Assembly (NCBI GenBank): GCA_965223325.1
Contig: CBDCWI010000001.1
Span: 224,001-288,000, forward strand
Length of the DNA: 64,000 bases
Source: Candidatus Multivoradales bacterium
Lineage (GTDB): Bacteria; Acidobacteriota; Thermoanaerobaculia; Multivoradales; Multivoraceae
Reading direction: 5' to 3'
The notes beneath the pieces are model-generated. The model saw nothing but the letters and a program-made list of their open reading frames with translations, did no database searches and was not told where the DNA came from. The first letter of the stretch is position 1, and every line of letters starts with the position of its first letter. Made by a program: the position numbers and the translations under genes. Positions 28,875-38,042 of this stretch are shown piece by piece.

Positions 28875-29845
28875 TCGATGGGCGCCTGCTCGCCGGGCTC
28901 TTGCACCGCACTCAAGTAGAGCAAGGCGCGCTCCGGCTGGCGTGACACTGTCGTCAACTGGTTGGCGGCCTGAAGCACATCGCGGCGACTCACCTGACCG
29001 ACGAGCCGCTCGCCATCGACGACCGGTAGGCGGCGATAGTTGGTGCTCAGAAAGATCTGCGCGATGGACAAGAGGTCGGCATCTGGGGCGATCGTGCGCG
29101 CGTTCGTATCCATGAACGCCTTCACCTCGGTGGTGGGCAGCCCTCCGTGACTGGGCTGGTCGCGGTTTTCACTGCGGGTGATCTCGGAGGAAAGGTCGAG
29201 CAGCTCGCGGTCGCTCTGGAAAGCCTCCGCCAGGTGGTGATCTGCACGCAGCACATCGCGACGACTGATCTGGCCAACCAGGGCACCATTCGCGATGACC
29301 GGCAAACGTCGATAGTGCGTCGAGGTGAAGATCTGAGCGATCGAAAAGAGGCCCGCGTCGTCTGCCACGGTGCGCCCCATGTCGGTGTTCATCATTTCCT
29401 TGACCGGCGCGCCGGGCGTTCCCTCGAGGGCAGCCTGAATGAGCGAGCGCATGCCATAGCGCTCTGAGAAAACTCCCAGCAAACGGCCCTCGTCGTCGAC
29501 CACCGGAGCGCCCGAGATCCGCCGCCGTAGCAGCACATCGATCGCTTCGTAGACGTCTGTTTGAGGCCCGAAGGTCACCAACTTCGAAACCATGATGTCG
29601 CGCGCCAAAAGGGACTCGGCCGCCTCGCCGCGATCAGCTCGCAGGCGCGCCGAAAGCGCCAGGACCGAGAGACAGCACTTTTCAGACAAGACCCCCAGGT
29701 ACTTGCGACCCTCGCCGATCACCGGCGCTCCGGTCACGTTGTGATGCAACAGGGTGTGGATCCCGTCGAATACGTGTTGTTCAGGACCTACGGTGACCAG
29801 CTTTTCGCTGACCATGATGTCGCGGGCGGTGCGAGGTCGTTCCAT
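28871..29845 (-). CDS. CBS-domain protein (four CBS motifs)
   Basis: ARDIM..GAPV..GVLSE/GVFSE twice and VK..M.T..RRLPV..GQISRRD/GQVSRRD twice; SD GAGGAGG before ATG 29845. Confidence 0.92.
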   Translation of the reverse strand: MERPRTARDIMVSEKLVTVGPEQHVFDGIHTLLHHNVTGAPVIGEGRKYLGVLSEKCCLSVLALSARLRADRGEAAESLLARDIMVSKLVTFGPQTDVYEAIDVLLRRRISGAPVVDDEGRLLGVFSERYGMRSLIQAALEGTPGAPVKEMMNTDMGRTVADDAGLFSIAQIFTSTHYRRLPVIANGALVGQISRRDVLRADHHLAEAFQSDRELLDLSSEITRSENRDQPSHGGLPTTEVKAFMDTNARTIAPDADLLSIAQIFLSTNYRRLPVVDGERLVGQVSRRDVLQAANQLTTVSRQPERALLYLSAVQEPGEQAPID

Positions 29846-29950
29846 GACTGTCCTCCTCACGCCCTGGACCAATGGCGTCCAGGCGGTCTGTGGTGGTGTC
29901 TGTCCTACCAGTCTAGCGGAGCGTAGGAAACTCCCTGCGGCTAAGGCGGT

Positions 29951-30514
29951 TCAGCCACTTTGTTCCACGGAACCGTGCTCCTCGAGACCGTGCTCCTCCA
30001 AGACAGTGTCGATCACCAGGTCGTGTGCCACCCGATCGAGCGCCTCCTTGAGCTCTCGCGTCCCGACCTCCCGGGGCACGCTCAAGAGGAGGTGTGCCTT
30101 GAAGAGCTTCTCACCCGACATCGGCGCGCTCGAGACATCACTGTCGAGAGATTCCACATTGACCGACAACTCGGCGAGAGCCGCCGCGACATGACGAACG
30201 ATGCCGGGGCGATCCTGGCCTACCAGTTCGAGTTCGATCTTATGTGTTCCGGCGCCAGCTGGCGGAGCCGCTTCGCCCGCCTGCTCGACCACCACATGGA
30301 GCCCCTGGCCGCCGAGGGCAGAAAGCGCCGCCGCAAGGTCATCGGCACGGTCCTCTGGAACCTGCACGCGCAACAGACCCGCGAACTGCCCCCCGAGGTG
30401 CGCCATACGGCTCTCGAGCCAGTTGGCATCGTGGGAGAGAACCGCGGTCGAGATCGCCTCGACCAGGCCCGGGCGGTCGGGCCCGATGAGAGTGAGTACG
30501 AGGTCGCGCTGCAT
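29951..30514 (-). CDS. gcvR: GcvR-like double ACT-domain protein
   Basis: LIGPDRPGLV...NWLESRMAHLGGQFAG; LVGQDRPGIV...APMSGEKLF. Confidence 0.85.
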   Translation of the reverse strand: MQRDLVLTLIGPDRPGLVEAISTAVLSHDANWLESRMAHLGGQFAGLLRVQVPEDRADDLAAALSALGGQGLHVVVEQAGEAAPPAGAGTHKIELELVGQDRPGIVRHVAAALAELSVNVESLDSDVSSAPMSGEKLFKAHLLLSVPREVGTRELKEALDRVAHDLVIDTVLEEHGLEEHGSVEQSG

Positions 30515-30546
30515 GGAAACTCCAGTTTGATCGAAAACTCTCGAAC

Positions 30547-32133
30547 TCAGTCGAGGATGTACCCGGCGGCGAGTTGATGGAAGGCTTCGACTTGTTCTTT
30601 CTGCCAGGAAGCGTCACGCGAGAGCGCGTCCGCCATCAACTCAGCCACCCGTGGAGCGATCTCGAGACTAGCGCGCGCGTCGAACAGCAGACTGCGCGTG
30701 CGCCGCGACAAGAAATCTTCGACGGTGCGCGCCATCTCCTCTTCAACCGCCCAGACGACCTCGCCTGCCAGCGGACGCAGATCGCGATGAAGTCGTTGGT
30801 CGAGGCCGCGTGATCCGTCGGGGTCCAGGACCCGCAGAAGGTCACGAACGGAAGGGGCGTCAGCGCCGTAGCAAGCCAGTTCGCCGAAAGACCCGGCGTC
30901 GCGATGGTAACCGTGGAGCTCGAGCGTATGGGTTCGGCAGGGTCGCGATGCCAGACCTCCGAGAAGAGCGGCCTGATCGACGGCGTCCTCGGCCATCTTG
31001 CGGTAGGTGGTCCACTTGCCGCCGGCAACCGTCAACAACCCGCTCGACGAAATGTGGATGGTGTGATCGCGCGAGATCGACTTCGAATCCGGGTTGTCCG
31101 GGTCACCGACCAGCGGTCTCACTCCGGCAAAGACACTTCTTACGTCGCTCCTCTCCGGATCGCGGGTCAGGTAGCGCGCCGCATGCTCGATCAAGAAGTC
31201 GACTTCGGCGTCGAACGGGCGGGGCTCAACCGGCACCTCGGGAATCGGCGTATCGGTCGTCCCGACGACCACGACGTCGTACCAGGGAATCGCAAACAGA
31301 ACGCGACCGTCATCGGTGTGCGGCACCATGATCGCTGCGTCGCCGCCGAGGAAGTCATGCGGCAGAACGATGTGCACGCCCTGACTCGGGCGCACCATCG
31401 GCGGCGCCTCGGAATCGTCGAGGCGCCGTACACCGTCAACGAACGGCCCGGTTGCGTTGATGACCACCGCCGCACCGAGTTCGAAGTCTTCGCCACTCTC
31501 TTTACACCGAGCAGTAACTCCACTGACCTCGCCGCGAGCGTCATGCACCAGGGCGGTCACCTCGACGTAGTTGCAAACCGTCGCCCCAAGTGAGACGGCG
31601 GTCTGCGCCATGTCGAGCGCTAAGCGCGCGTCGTCGAACTGGCCGTCGTAGTAAAGCGTACCCCCGCGCAGGCCGTCCTTCTCGATCGTCGGTAGAGCCG
31701 CAACCGTCTCCTCGAGCGACAGGTTCTTGGACTTGCCGAAGCCATGTCGACCGGCCAGAAGGTCATAGACCTTGAGGCCCACGCCGTAGAAGGGTGCCTC
31801 CCACCACTCGTAGTTGGGCACCACGAAGGGTAGGTCGTGCACCAGGTGGGGCGCGTTCTGGCGCAGCAGCCCGCGTTCTTCGAGCGCCTCGAGGACCAGC
31901 GAGACGTTGCCCTGCTGCAGGTAGCGGACGCCCCCATGGACCAGCTTGGTCGAACGACTCGAGGTGCCCTGGGCGAAGTCTGCGCGTTCGAGGAGGGTCG
32001 TCTGGTAGCCACGACTGGCAGCGTCGATGGCAATACCGAGCCCGGTCGCTCCGCCACCAATCACCAGCACATCTTGGCGCCGGCCCGACGAGGTCGCCGC
32101 GCGTAAGCGCTCGATCATGTGGTTGCGCTTCAT
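30547..32133 (-). CDS. glpD: FAD-dependent glycerol-3-phosphate dehydrogenase/oxidase
   Basis: IGGGATG, GTSSRSTKLVHGGVRYL, DGQFDDARL, SRDH, GGKWTTYR, RRTR. Confidence 0.96.
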   Translation of the reverse strand: MKRNHMIERLRAATSSGRRQDVLVIGGGATGLGIAIDAASRGYQTTLLERADFAQGTSSRSTKLVHGGVRYLQQGNVSLVLEALEERGLLRQNAPHLVHDLPFVVPNYEWWEAPFYGVGLKVYDLLAGRHGFGKSKNLSLEETVAALPTIEKDGLRGGTLYYDGQFDDARLALDMAQTAVSLGATVCNYVEVTALVHDARGEVSGVTARCKESGEDFELGAAVVINATGPFVDGVRRLDDSEAPPMVRPSQGVHIVLPHDFLGGDAAIMVPHTDDGRVLFAIPWYDVVVVGTTDTPIPEVPVEPRPFDAEVDFLIEHAARYLTRDPERSDVRSVFAGVRPLVGDPDNPDSKSISRDHTIHISSSGLLTVAGGKWTTYRKMAEDAVDQAALLGGLASRPCRTHTLELHGYHRDAGSFGELACYGADAPSVRDLLRVLDPDGSRGLDQRLHRDLRPLAGEVVWAVEEEMARTVEDFLSRRTRSLLFDARASLEIAPRVAELMADALSRDASWQKEQVEAFHQLAAGYILD

Positions 32134-32346
32134 AGCGCGTCGATCATTGCACGGTCCAAGAGCCGTGTAGCGGCGACCTTAGTACCCCGTACCATTGAAA
32201 CGGATAGTGGCTGAGCGGATGATCGTGCTCGAGATCAAGGCGTCACGACGCAGGCATATTGGTGATCTGTCGAGGAGTGACAACACAGAGATCGAGCGCG
32301 AGGACCGCGCAGACGCTGTGCGTTTCCAATGGTACGGGGTACTAGC

Positions 32347-34311
32347 TCAGGAACCGGCGGCGTTCTTCGAACGCGGCACAAAGTAGAACATGCCACCCTC
32401 GTCGGCGCTGCGCGGCAGCGCCGTGAATGTCGGGTACTGCGGCGCCTCCAGGCGCTCTGAGACCTCGACCACTCGCGGCGCCACTTCCCCGAACAAGTCT
32501 TGCGCGGCCAGAACACCGTCGTTGTCGCGCAGTCTCTCCATGAGTTCCTGGGCAAAAACCGAATGGCCGCTTCCCGAGTCGTCGGGGACTGGCTGTATGT
32601 CTCCTGAGGTCATGACCAGGCGAGAAACACGCTTGGCCTGCTCCTCGAGCGGCGCTTCTGAGGGAGGCAGATCACCATTGTCCGTGCCTGCGAAACAGGA
32701 GTCGGCCACCACCAGTAGATGGCGCACCGGTAGGTCGTCGAGCCGCGGGTTGACCGCATCGACGATCGAGATCCAAGTGCCCGCCATGGTCGGCTCGGCA
32801 TCGGTGGGCTGCCAATAGGGTTTGTTGTTGTACAGCTGACCGTGGCCAGCGTAGTAGACCAACAGGTTGTCGCGCGCCGTCATGGTCTGTTCGAGCTCAT
32901 ACAAAGCGGCGTTGAAGTCGTCGAGTGAGGTGTTCTCGACCACCTTGACGTTGAAACCATACTGGCGTTCGAGCACCTCACCCAGGGTGCGCGCGTCATT
33001 GACCGCGGTTGCGAGTCCGGGAAGCTTGTCGTAGCGATCGTTGCCGATGATCAGGGCGTGGAAGTTGCCGAAGACCGGTAACGCGGCGCCGCCTCCCACG
33101 CGGTCAGCTGCCCCGGCGGTACCTGAAGTCGAGTTGGTCGCCACGTCGGTGCCCTTCTCGCCTCCCAGAGCACCGATTGCAAACCAACCAACCACCAGCA
33201 GGGTGACGACGGCCGCAACCAGGCCGGCCCGAAGCGGCATTCGACGGGTTCCCTTGAGGACGGTGCCACTCGCCGCTTCCTCCGCCACCGGCGGGCGAAT
33301 CGGCGGTTTCGGAGCTGCCTGCGGCGCTTCCGGCACCGGCGGCGCCTTGGTGTGGGTGCCGACGTCGACACTCGGACGCGGGCGGTCTTCGCCTTCGGTC
33401 TGGTCGTCGAGACGACGACTTCCGGTTCCGATCTCGCCCAGGTCACGGTTGTCAGGTGCCGGAATGACCAGCGACAGTTCGCTGCGCATCTCTGACGCAC
33501 TCTGGTAGCGGTCGGCAGGCTCTTTCTCGATCGAGCGCAAGAGGGCGGTGCGCACATAGTCGTCGAGCTTGCCGTCGGGATCGGTCTCTTCGAAGGTGCG
33601 CGGCGCCTGATACAGGTGGCCGGCAATGAGGGAAGTCTGGTCGGTGCCCTGGATGGGCAGCTTGCCGGTCAACAGCTGGTAGAGAACCACCCCGAAGGAG
33701 TAGAGGTCTGAGCGCTCGTCGACTTCCGAGGAAGCCGAACCGTGCTTGAGCGCCTCCGGCGAAATGTAGAGCACCTTGCCGAGTGCAATGCCGGTGCGGG
33801 TGCGATAATCGTTGGACTCGAGCGACTTGGCGATACCCAGATCGATCAAGGTGAAGTTGTAGTCGCCGCGCAGGCCCTTGCGCATCATCACATTGTCGAG
33901 TGCGATGTCACGGTGAATGAAGCGCTGGGTGTGCAGATAGTCGAGTGCGTCGAGCAGCTGCTGCGCCGCCAGCCCAACCAGGGGGAGCCCCAGGCGCTTG
34001 CCCGATTTGTACAGCTCCCACAGGTTTACCCCATCAATGTACTCCATGATGAGGTACGCTGACCCGTCGTCCGACAGCAAGAAGTCGTGGACCGTTGCTA
34101 TGTGGGGATGCCGCAGTTTGGCGGCGATTTGCGCCTCGCGCACGAAGCGCGCCTTGGCGTCCTCGAACTCGGTTCCGGCGTGGATCGTCTTGATCACCCG
34201 CACCTCGTCGAGGATCTTGTGACGGGCGCGATACAACGATCCCTGACCGCCATCGCTCAAGTGCTCGAACGAGTCGTACTTATCGGCAATCTCTGGAACG
34301 TTGTCGAACAC
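32347..34311 (-). CDS. Hanks-type Ser/Thr kinase - Pro-rich linker - transmembrane helix - caspase-like peptidase C14 domain
   Basis: Kinase: GGQGSLY, VIK, FVREA, HRDIALDN, DLGIAK, YISPE, SDLYSFG. Transmembrane: AGLVAAVVTLLVVGWFAIGAL. C14: ALIIGN, YYAGHG, ADSCFAG. Likely start GTG 34311. Confidence 0.92.
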   Translation of the reverse strand: MFDNVPEIADKYDSFEHLSDGGQGSLYRARHKILDEVRVIKTIHAGTEFEDAKARFVREAQIAAKLRHPHIATVHDFLLSDDGSAYLIMEYIDGVNLWELYKSGKRLGLPLVGLAAQQLLDALDYLHTQRFIHRDIALDNVMMRKGLRGDYNFTLIDLGIAKSLESNDYRTRTGIALGKVLYISPEALKHGSASSEVDERSDLYSFGVVLYQLLTGKLPIQGTDQTSLIAGHLYQAPRTFEETDPDGKLDDYVRTALLRSIEKEPADRYQSASEMRSELSLVIPAPDNRDLGEIGTGSRRLDDQTEGEDRPRPSVDVGTHTKAPPVPEAPQAAPKPPIRPPVAEEAASGTVLKGTRRMPLRAGLVAAVVTLLVVGWFAIGALGGEKGTDVATNSTSGTAGAADRVGGGAALPVFGNFHALIIGNDRYDKLPGLATAVNDARTLGEVLERQYGFNVKVVENTSLDDFNAALYELEQTMTARDNLLVYYAGHGQLYNNKPYWQPTDAEPTMAGTWISIVDAVNPRLDDLPVRHLLVVADSCFAGTDNGDLPPSEAPLEEQAKRVSRLVMTSGDIQPVPDDSGSGHSVFAQELMERLRDNDGVLAAQDLFGEVAPRVVEVSERLEAPQYPTFTALPRSADEGGMFYFVPRSKNAAGS

Positions 34312-34347
34312 TGGAGTCCTGCTCCCTCCCAAGGAGCGGACGGGGAA

Positions 34348-35898
34348 CTACTTTCCCTGTCGCACGAAGAAGTATTCGGAGAGGTCGTTGCGGGCCCACC
34401 TGAGGGTGGCGAACTGGGGTGGTGGCGACTTGTCCTCCACCATGCGGTCGGTCATCGCCACGTACATGCGTGAAGCCTCGAGAACCCCGTCGTTGGTTCG
34501 CAACGCGTTGAGAAACGCGCCTGTCAGGTCACCCTTTGCGCCATCGGCACGCACCGTGTTGGCAAGTACGAGCCGCGAGCGCTTGGACAGAAGCCCGCGG
34601 ATGTAGTGGGCCCGGCGCTCGGGGCTCTGCCCCGTCGGAAGCTTGGCGATCGATGAACGAGAGCGGATGCCGGAGAACGCCGAGTCGGCGACCACCATGA
34701 CGTGCTTTGCTGAGATCACGTCGAGGTGATCAGAGAGCACGCCGCTCGGAATCCAGTTGCCGCGATCGCCGGGGCGCGCGTCTACCGGTTGCCAGTAGGC
34801 CATATTGCGGTTGTCGTCGCGCGTACCGTGGCCCGAGTAGAAGACCAGAAGGTTGTCGTTCTCAGTGAGCGTTTCGCGCATTTCATCGAGAGCCCGCATG
34901 GTCTCGAAGCGCGTCGCATCGAGCAGCAGTTCGACACGGTAGCCGTAGAGATTCTCGAGCGTCTTGGCGACCTCGCGTGCATCCTTGGCGGCCGTTTCCA
35001 CCGCCGGCATGTGCTCGTAGTTCGAGTTACCGATCACCAGGGCGTAGTAGCGACCGAACTCAAGATCGTCGGTCGACAGGGCGCCGCTCTCCTCGAGCGC
35101 CTTCGAAGCCTGCCGGCTCATGCCTTCGAGCTCTACGACGCGCGACTTACTGGCGGTCAAGGCCTTCTCGCGTTCGGCGAGCTCCTGGCGCACGGAGGCC
35201 AGTTCGGCCTCCAGCTGGGCACCTTCTGAGGCTTTCGCTTCGAGTCGAGCGACCTGGCCCAGGAGGCCCGACACTTCGCCCGCCAGGCGGACGGCAAGGG
35301 CTTGTTGCTCGGCCAGTTCGGCGCGCATGGTTGCGAGATCACCTTCGGCCATGACCACCAGATCGTCTTCGCCACCGGCCGCACGGCGATAGAGCGACAG
35401 AGCCTTTTCACGGTCGGCGGGAACGCCGAGGCCGGCCTCGTAGAGATAGCCGAGGTTGATCATCGCGGCGTTGTAGCCCTTCTTGGCCGCCTTGTCGTAC
35501 CACTCAGCAGCGAGAGCGTAGTCGGGCTGGGTGCCCAGACCGCGCTCATAGATCTGCGCGACATAAAACATCGCTTCGACGTCACCACCACGCGCTTGGG
35601 GCAGCCAGACCCGCAGCGAGGTGGCGTAGTTGGCCTGGTCGGGTTCGGTGTACTCGCCACCACGAATGCGGCAGTCGGCGACCGAGGTGCGCACCGGCAA
35701 CCGGGGCGCGAGGTAGGAGCTGTGTTTGCCGATTCGTCGCACCTTGGGGCGCAAGAGGCAGTCGACGATCATCAGGTCTTCGGGCGTCTCGACACCGCGC
35801 TTCTTGCGCGCTTCGGAGGCTTGCGGGAGAGCGAAGGTGCCGACCAGGACCGCCAGGGCGGTGGTCAAGGCAAGCCGTTGTGTGAGGTGGATGGTCAT
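34348..35898 (-). CDS. Secreted Sel1-repeat, coiled-coil, caspase-like (C14) protein lacking the catalytic Cys
   Basis: Signal peptide; Sel1 repeats (AMFYVAQIYERGLG, AMINLGYLYEAGLGV); heptad-rich linker; ALVIGN, FYSGHG, ADSAFSG. Confidence 0.9.
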   Translation of the reverse strand: MTIHLTQRLALTTALAVLVGTFALPQASEARKKRGVETPEDLMIVDCLLRPKVRRIGKHSSYLAPRLPVRTSVADCRIRGGEYTEPDQANYATSLRVWLPQARGGDVEAMFYVAQIYERGLGTQPDYALAAEWYDKAAKKGYNAAMINLGYLYEAGLGVPADREKALSLYRRAAGGEDDLVVMAEGDLATMRAELAEQQALAVRLAGEVSGLLGQVARLEAKASEGAQLEAELASVRQELAEREKALTASKSRVVELEGMSRQASKALEESGALSTDDLEFGRYYALVIGNSNYEHMPAVETAAKDAREVAKTLENLYGYRVELLLDATRFETMRALDEMRETLTENDNLLVFYSGHGTRDDNRNMAYWQPVDARPGDRGNWIPSGVLSDHLDVISAKHVMVVADSAFSGIRSRSSIAKLPTGQSPERRAHYIRGLLSKRSRLVLANTVRADGAKGDLTGAFLNALRTNDGVLEASRMYVAMTDRMVEDKSPPPQFATLRWARNDLSEYFFVRQGK

Positions 35899-35945
35899 GG
35901 TCGAAGCTCCTGGGACAATTCAGACTGAGAACAAATCACGAAAAA

Positions 35946-35965
35946 TGAGACGGAACATTGTCTCA
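35946..35965. promoter_or_regulatory. Candidate operator palindrome in the AT-rich divergent promoter region
   Basis: TGAGAC-N8-GTCTCA about 50 bp upstream of the Sel1-caspase start. Confidence 0.35.
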
Positions 35966-36238
35966 ACTGCTCTGGGCAAACAAAGCAGGGCGCAGGCGGA
36001 CCACCGAAGAGGCGCCTAGACAGTCGAATTATGACAAGTGATCACTCGAAACACAAGAATAAGTAGAAACACTAGTGATAACCAGGCTTAGGAGCGTTGC
36101 CGCCGGCGCGCGGCGGTCAGCAGGTCACTCGAGGAGGGGCTGTAACAACGACCAGGCGCAAGGGAAGGAAAGGGTCGAGGCCAAGAAAAGCCACCTCTTC
36201 GATCCCTCCTTCAACCCCATCGAACTGCGAGAAAACCC

Positions 36239-37084
36239 ATGTTGAAACTCACCTCCATTCGCCAGAGCAGCGCCCGCCGCGGCGTTTCCTACCTCGAGAC
36301 TGGCCTCATCGTCTTGATCTTCGTCTTCCTCGCCGGCACCACCACCGGTGCCCTCTTCGGCCAGACCCGTCTCGACAAAAAACGGGCCCGTAAAGCAGCG
36401 GCGGGACGCATTCCCCCCGCCGAGGGTCTGAGTCACTGCGAAGGCGATCGTTGCGAGTACCGCTTCACCTGGGGCTACGACACCTACACCTACGAGTGCG
36501 GTACCAGCCTCCAGTCCCGTACCGTCTACCGACCCAACGTCAACAAGCCCGAGGGTCTCGACAGCGGCGAACGCGTCGAGCTGATGACGCTCGAGGGGCG
36601 CGCCGAGCTTGGCTGGACCTACGACAGGAAGCGCAAGGAAGACCTCGAGGACAAGAAGAAGGACGCCCAAGAAGCACCCGACTATGTGCCCTCGACGGTG
36701 CTCTACACCCAACCTGACTACTGCTCCGCCGAGGAGGGTCGCTTCGACGTGGTCGCTCTGGCAGGAAGTTTCTACCTTCGCTACGAGAGCTACAGCCCGA
36801 TGATCGAGCACGACGCCTGCAGGATCACCGTCGCGCGCAACGGTTCCTCTCGCACCTACACCTGCGAGAAAGAACTCGGCCAGAACGCCTGGCGGGCTGA
36901 GATTCCCGCACCGGAGCTGATCGACCTGCTGGGCCGGTTCGAGAAGAAGGGTGCTCTAGAGCGCTTTCTTTCTGACACACCCTCAGTGTCGGTGAGTGTC
37001 CACGGGCAGCGTGCCAACGTCTACTTCGATGGTCCGCACTATCGCTACCAGGTTGAGGACTTCATCGCGCGCCACCGGCAGTGA
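36239..37084 (+). CDS. Exported hypothetical protein with a prepilin-like N-terminus
   Basis: 281-aa ORF with host-like codon usage; RRG|VSYLE followed by a hydrophobic stretch; six Cys. Confidence 0.75.
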   Translation: MLKLTSIRQSSARRGVSYLETGLIVLIFVFLAGTTTGALFGQTRLDKKRARKAAAGRIPPAEGLSHCEGDRCEYRFTWGYDTYTYECGTSLQSRTVYRPNVNKPEGLDSGERVELMTLEGRAELGWTYDRKRKEDLEDKKKDAQEAPDYVPSTVLYTQPDYCSAEEGRFDVVALAGSFYLRYESYSPMIEHDACRITVARNGSSRTYTCEKELGQNAWRAEIPAPELIDLLGRFEKKGALERFLSDTPSVSVSVHGQRANVYFDGPHYRYQVEDFIARHRQ

Positions 37085-37093
37085 AACGATGCA

Positions 37094-37990
37094 CTAGGAA
37101 CCGCCGCCAGTCGCCGCTGCGCCGCTGGCGGCATTCAGGTGGGTCTCGAACCATTCGAGGAGTGCCGATCTTGCCGCCGCATCGTGCTCGCCCTGGAAGC
37201 CGTGGCCGGCCCCTTCGAGCACGATGAGCTCCGAGACCACGCCCGCCTTCTCGAACGCCGCGAGCATCTTCTCGGAGTTTTCGAGCGGCACCAGGCGATC
37301 CGCGTCGCCGTGGACCAGGAGCGTCGGTGGGTCGTCGGCCGAGGCGTAGAGCACTGGCGAAATGTCGTCGGCGAGCTCGCGGTCGAAGTCGAGCGCCGGG
37401 AAGCGCTCGTTCTTGCCGGCAATCAGGCGCAGGTCGACCGGCGGGAAGTAGGCCACGACCGCGGCGACCCGGGCGTCTTCGCCGTTCTTGTCCTCGCCCA
37501 CTACCGCCTCAGAGCCGGCGCCGAGCATCAACGAAAGATGTCCCCCGGCGCTGCCCCCGAACACTCCCAGCCGATTCGCGTCGACCGACCAATCCGCCGC
37601 ATGCTCGCGAACATGAGTAACCGCCCGGCGAACGTCGACCACTGCTTCGGGCACCTTGAACAGCGGACTCGATCCGTGCCGCACCAGAAAGACGGTGTAG
37701 CCGGCCTCGAGCAGGTCTCCGAACACACCCTGGTTGGCAATCGCCAGCTGCGGGTCAAACCATCGTGAGACCCAGCCCCCGCTGACCATGAACAAAACGC
37801 CAGCCTCATTCGCCTCGCGCGGAACGAGAACGTCGTAGGTCAGGGCCAGACCCATCTTGTGCCCATAGACCACATCGGCGTCGATGCGCTCGAGCGCCTC
37901 ATGTTGCGCTGGCAGCACCGTCGCGACCAGAACAAGGGCGAGAAAAGAGACGATCGACGACGAAAGGGAGCCTCGGATCGATGCAGTCAC
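37094..37990 (-). CDS. Secreted alpha/beta hydrolase (esterase, HSL/BD-FAE-like)
   Basis: SGGW oxyanion loop, GGSAGG nucleophile elbow, HGDADRLVP, GAGHG; signal peptide. Confidence 0.92.
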   Translation of the reverse strand: MTASIRGSLSSSIVSFLALVLVATVLPAQHEALERIDADVVYGHKMGLALTYDVLVPREANEAGVLFMVSGGWVSRWFDPQLAIANQGVFGDLLEAGYTVFLVRHGSSPLFKVPEAVVDVRRAVTHVREHAADWSVDANRLGVFGGSAGGHLSLMLGAGSEAVVGEDKNGEDARVAAVVAYFPPVDLRLIAGKNERFPALDFDRELADDISPVLYASADDPPTLLVHGDADRLVPLENSEKMLAAFEKAGVVSELIVLEGAGHGFQGEHDAAARSALLEWFETHLNAASGAAATGGGS

Positions 37991-38042
37991 AGCGAGTCCT
38001 CCTGCAAGATGGTGGGTTCAACATCCCAACCTACCGCACCCC

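Noticed and set aside
32347-35898. Caspase pair as a cytoplasmic cell-death or defence module
   Set aside because: No gasdermin, NLR/STAND, CRISPR or cyclase partner is present, and both caspase domains are predicted to be extracytoplasmic.
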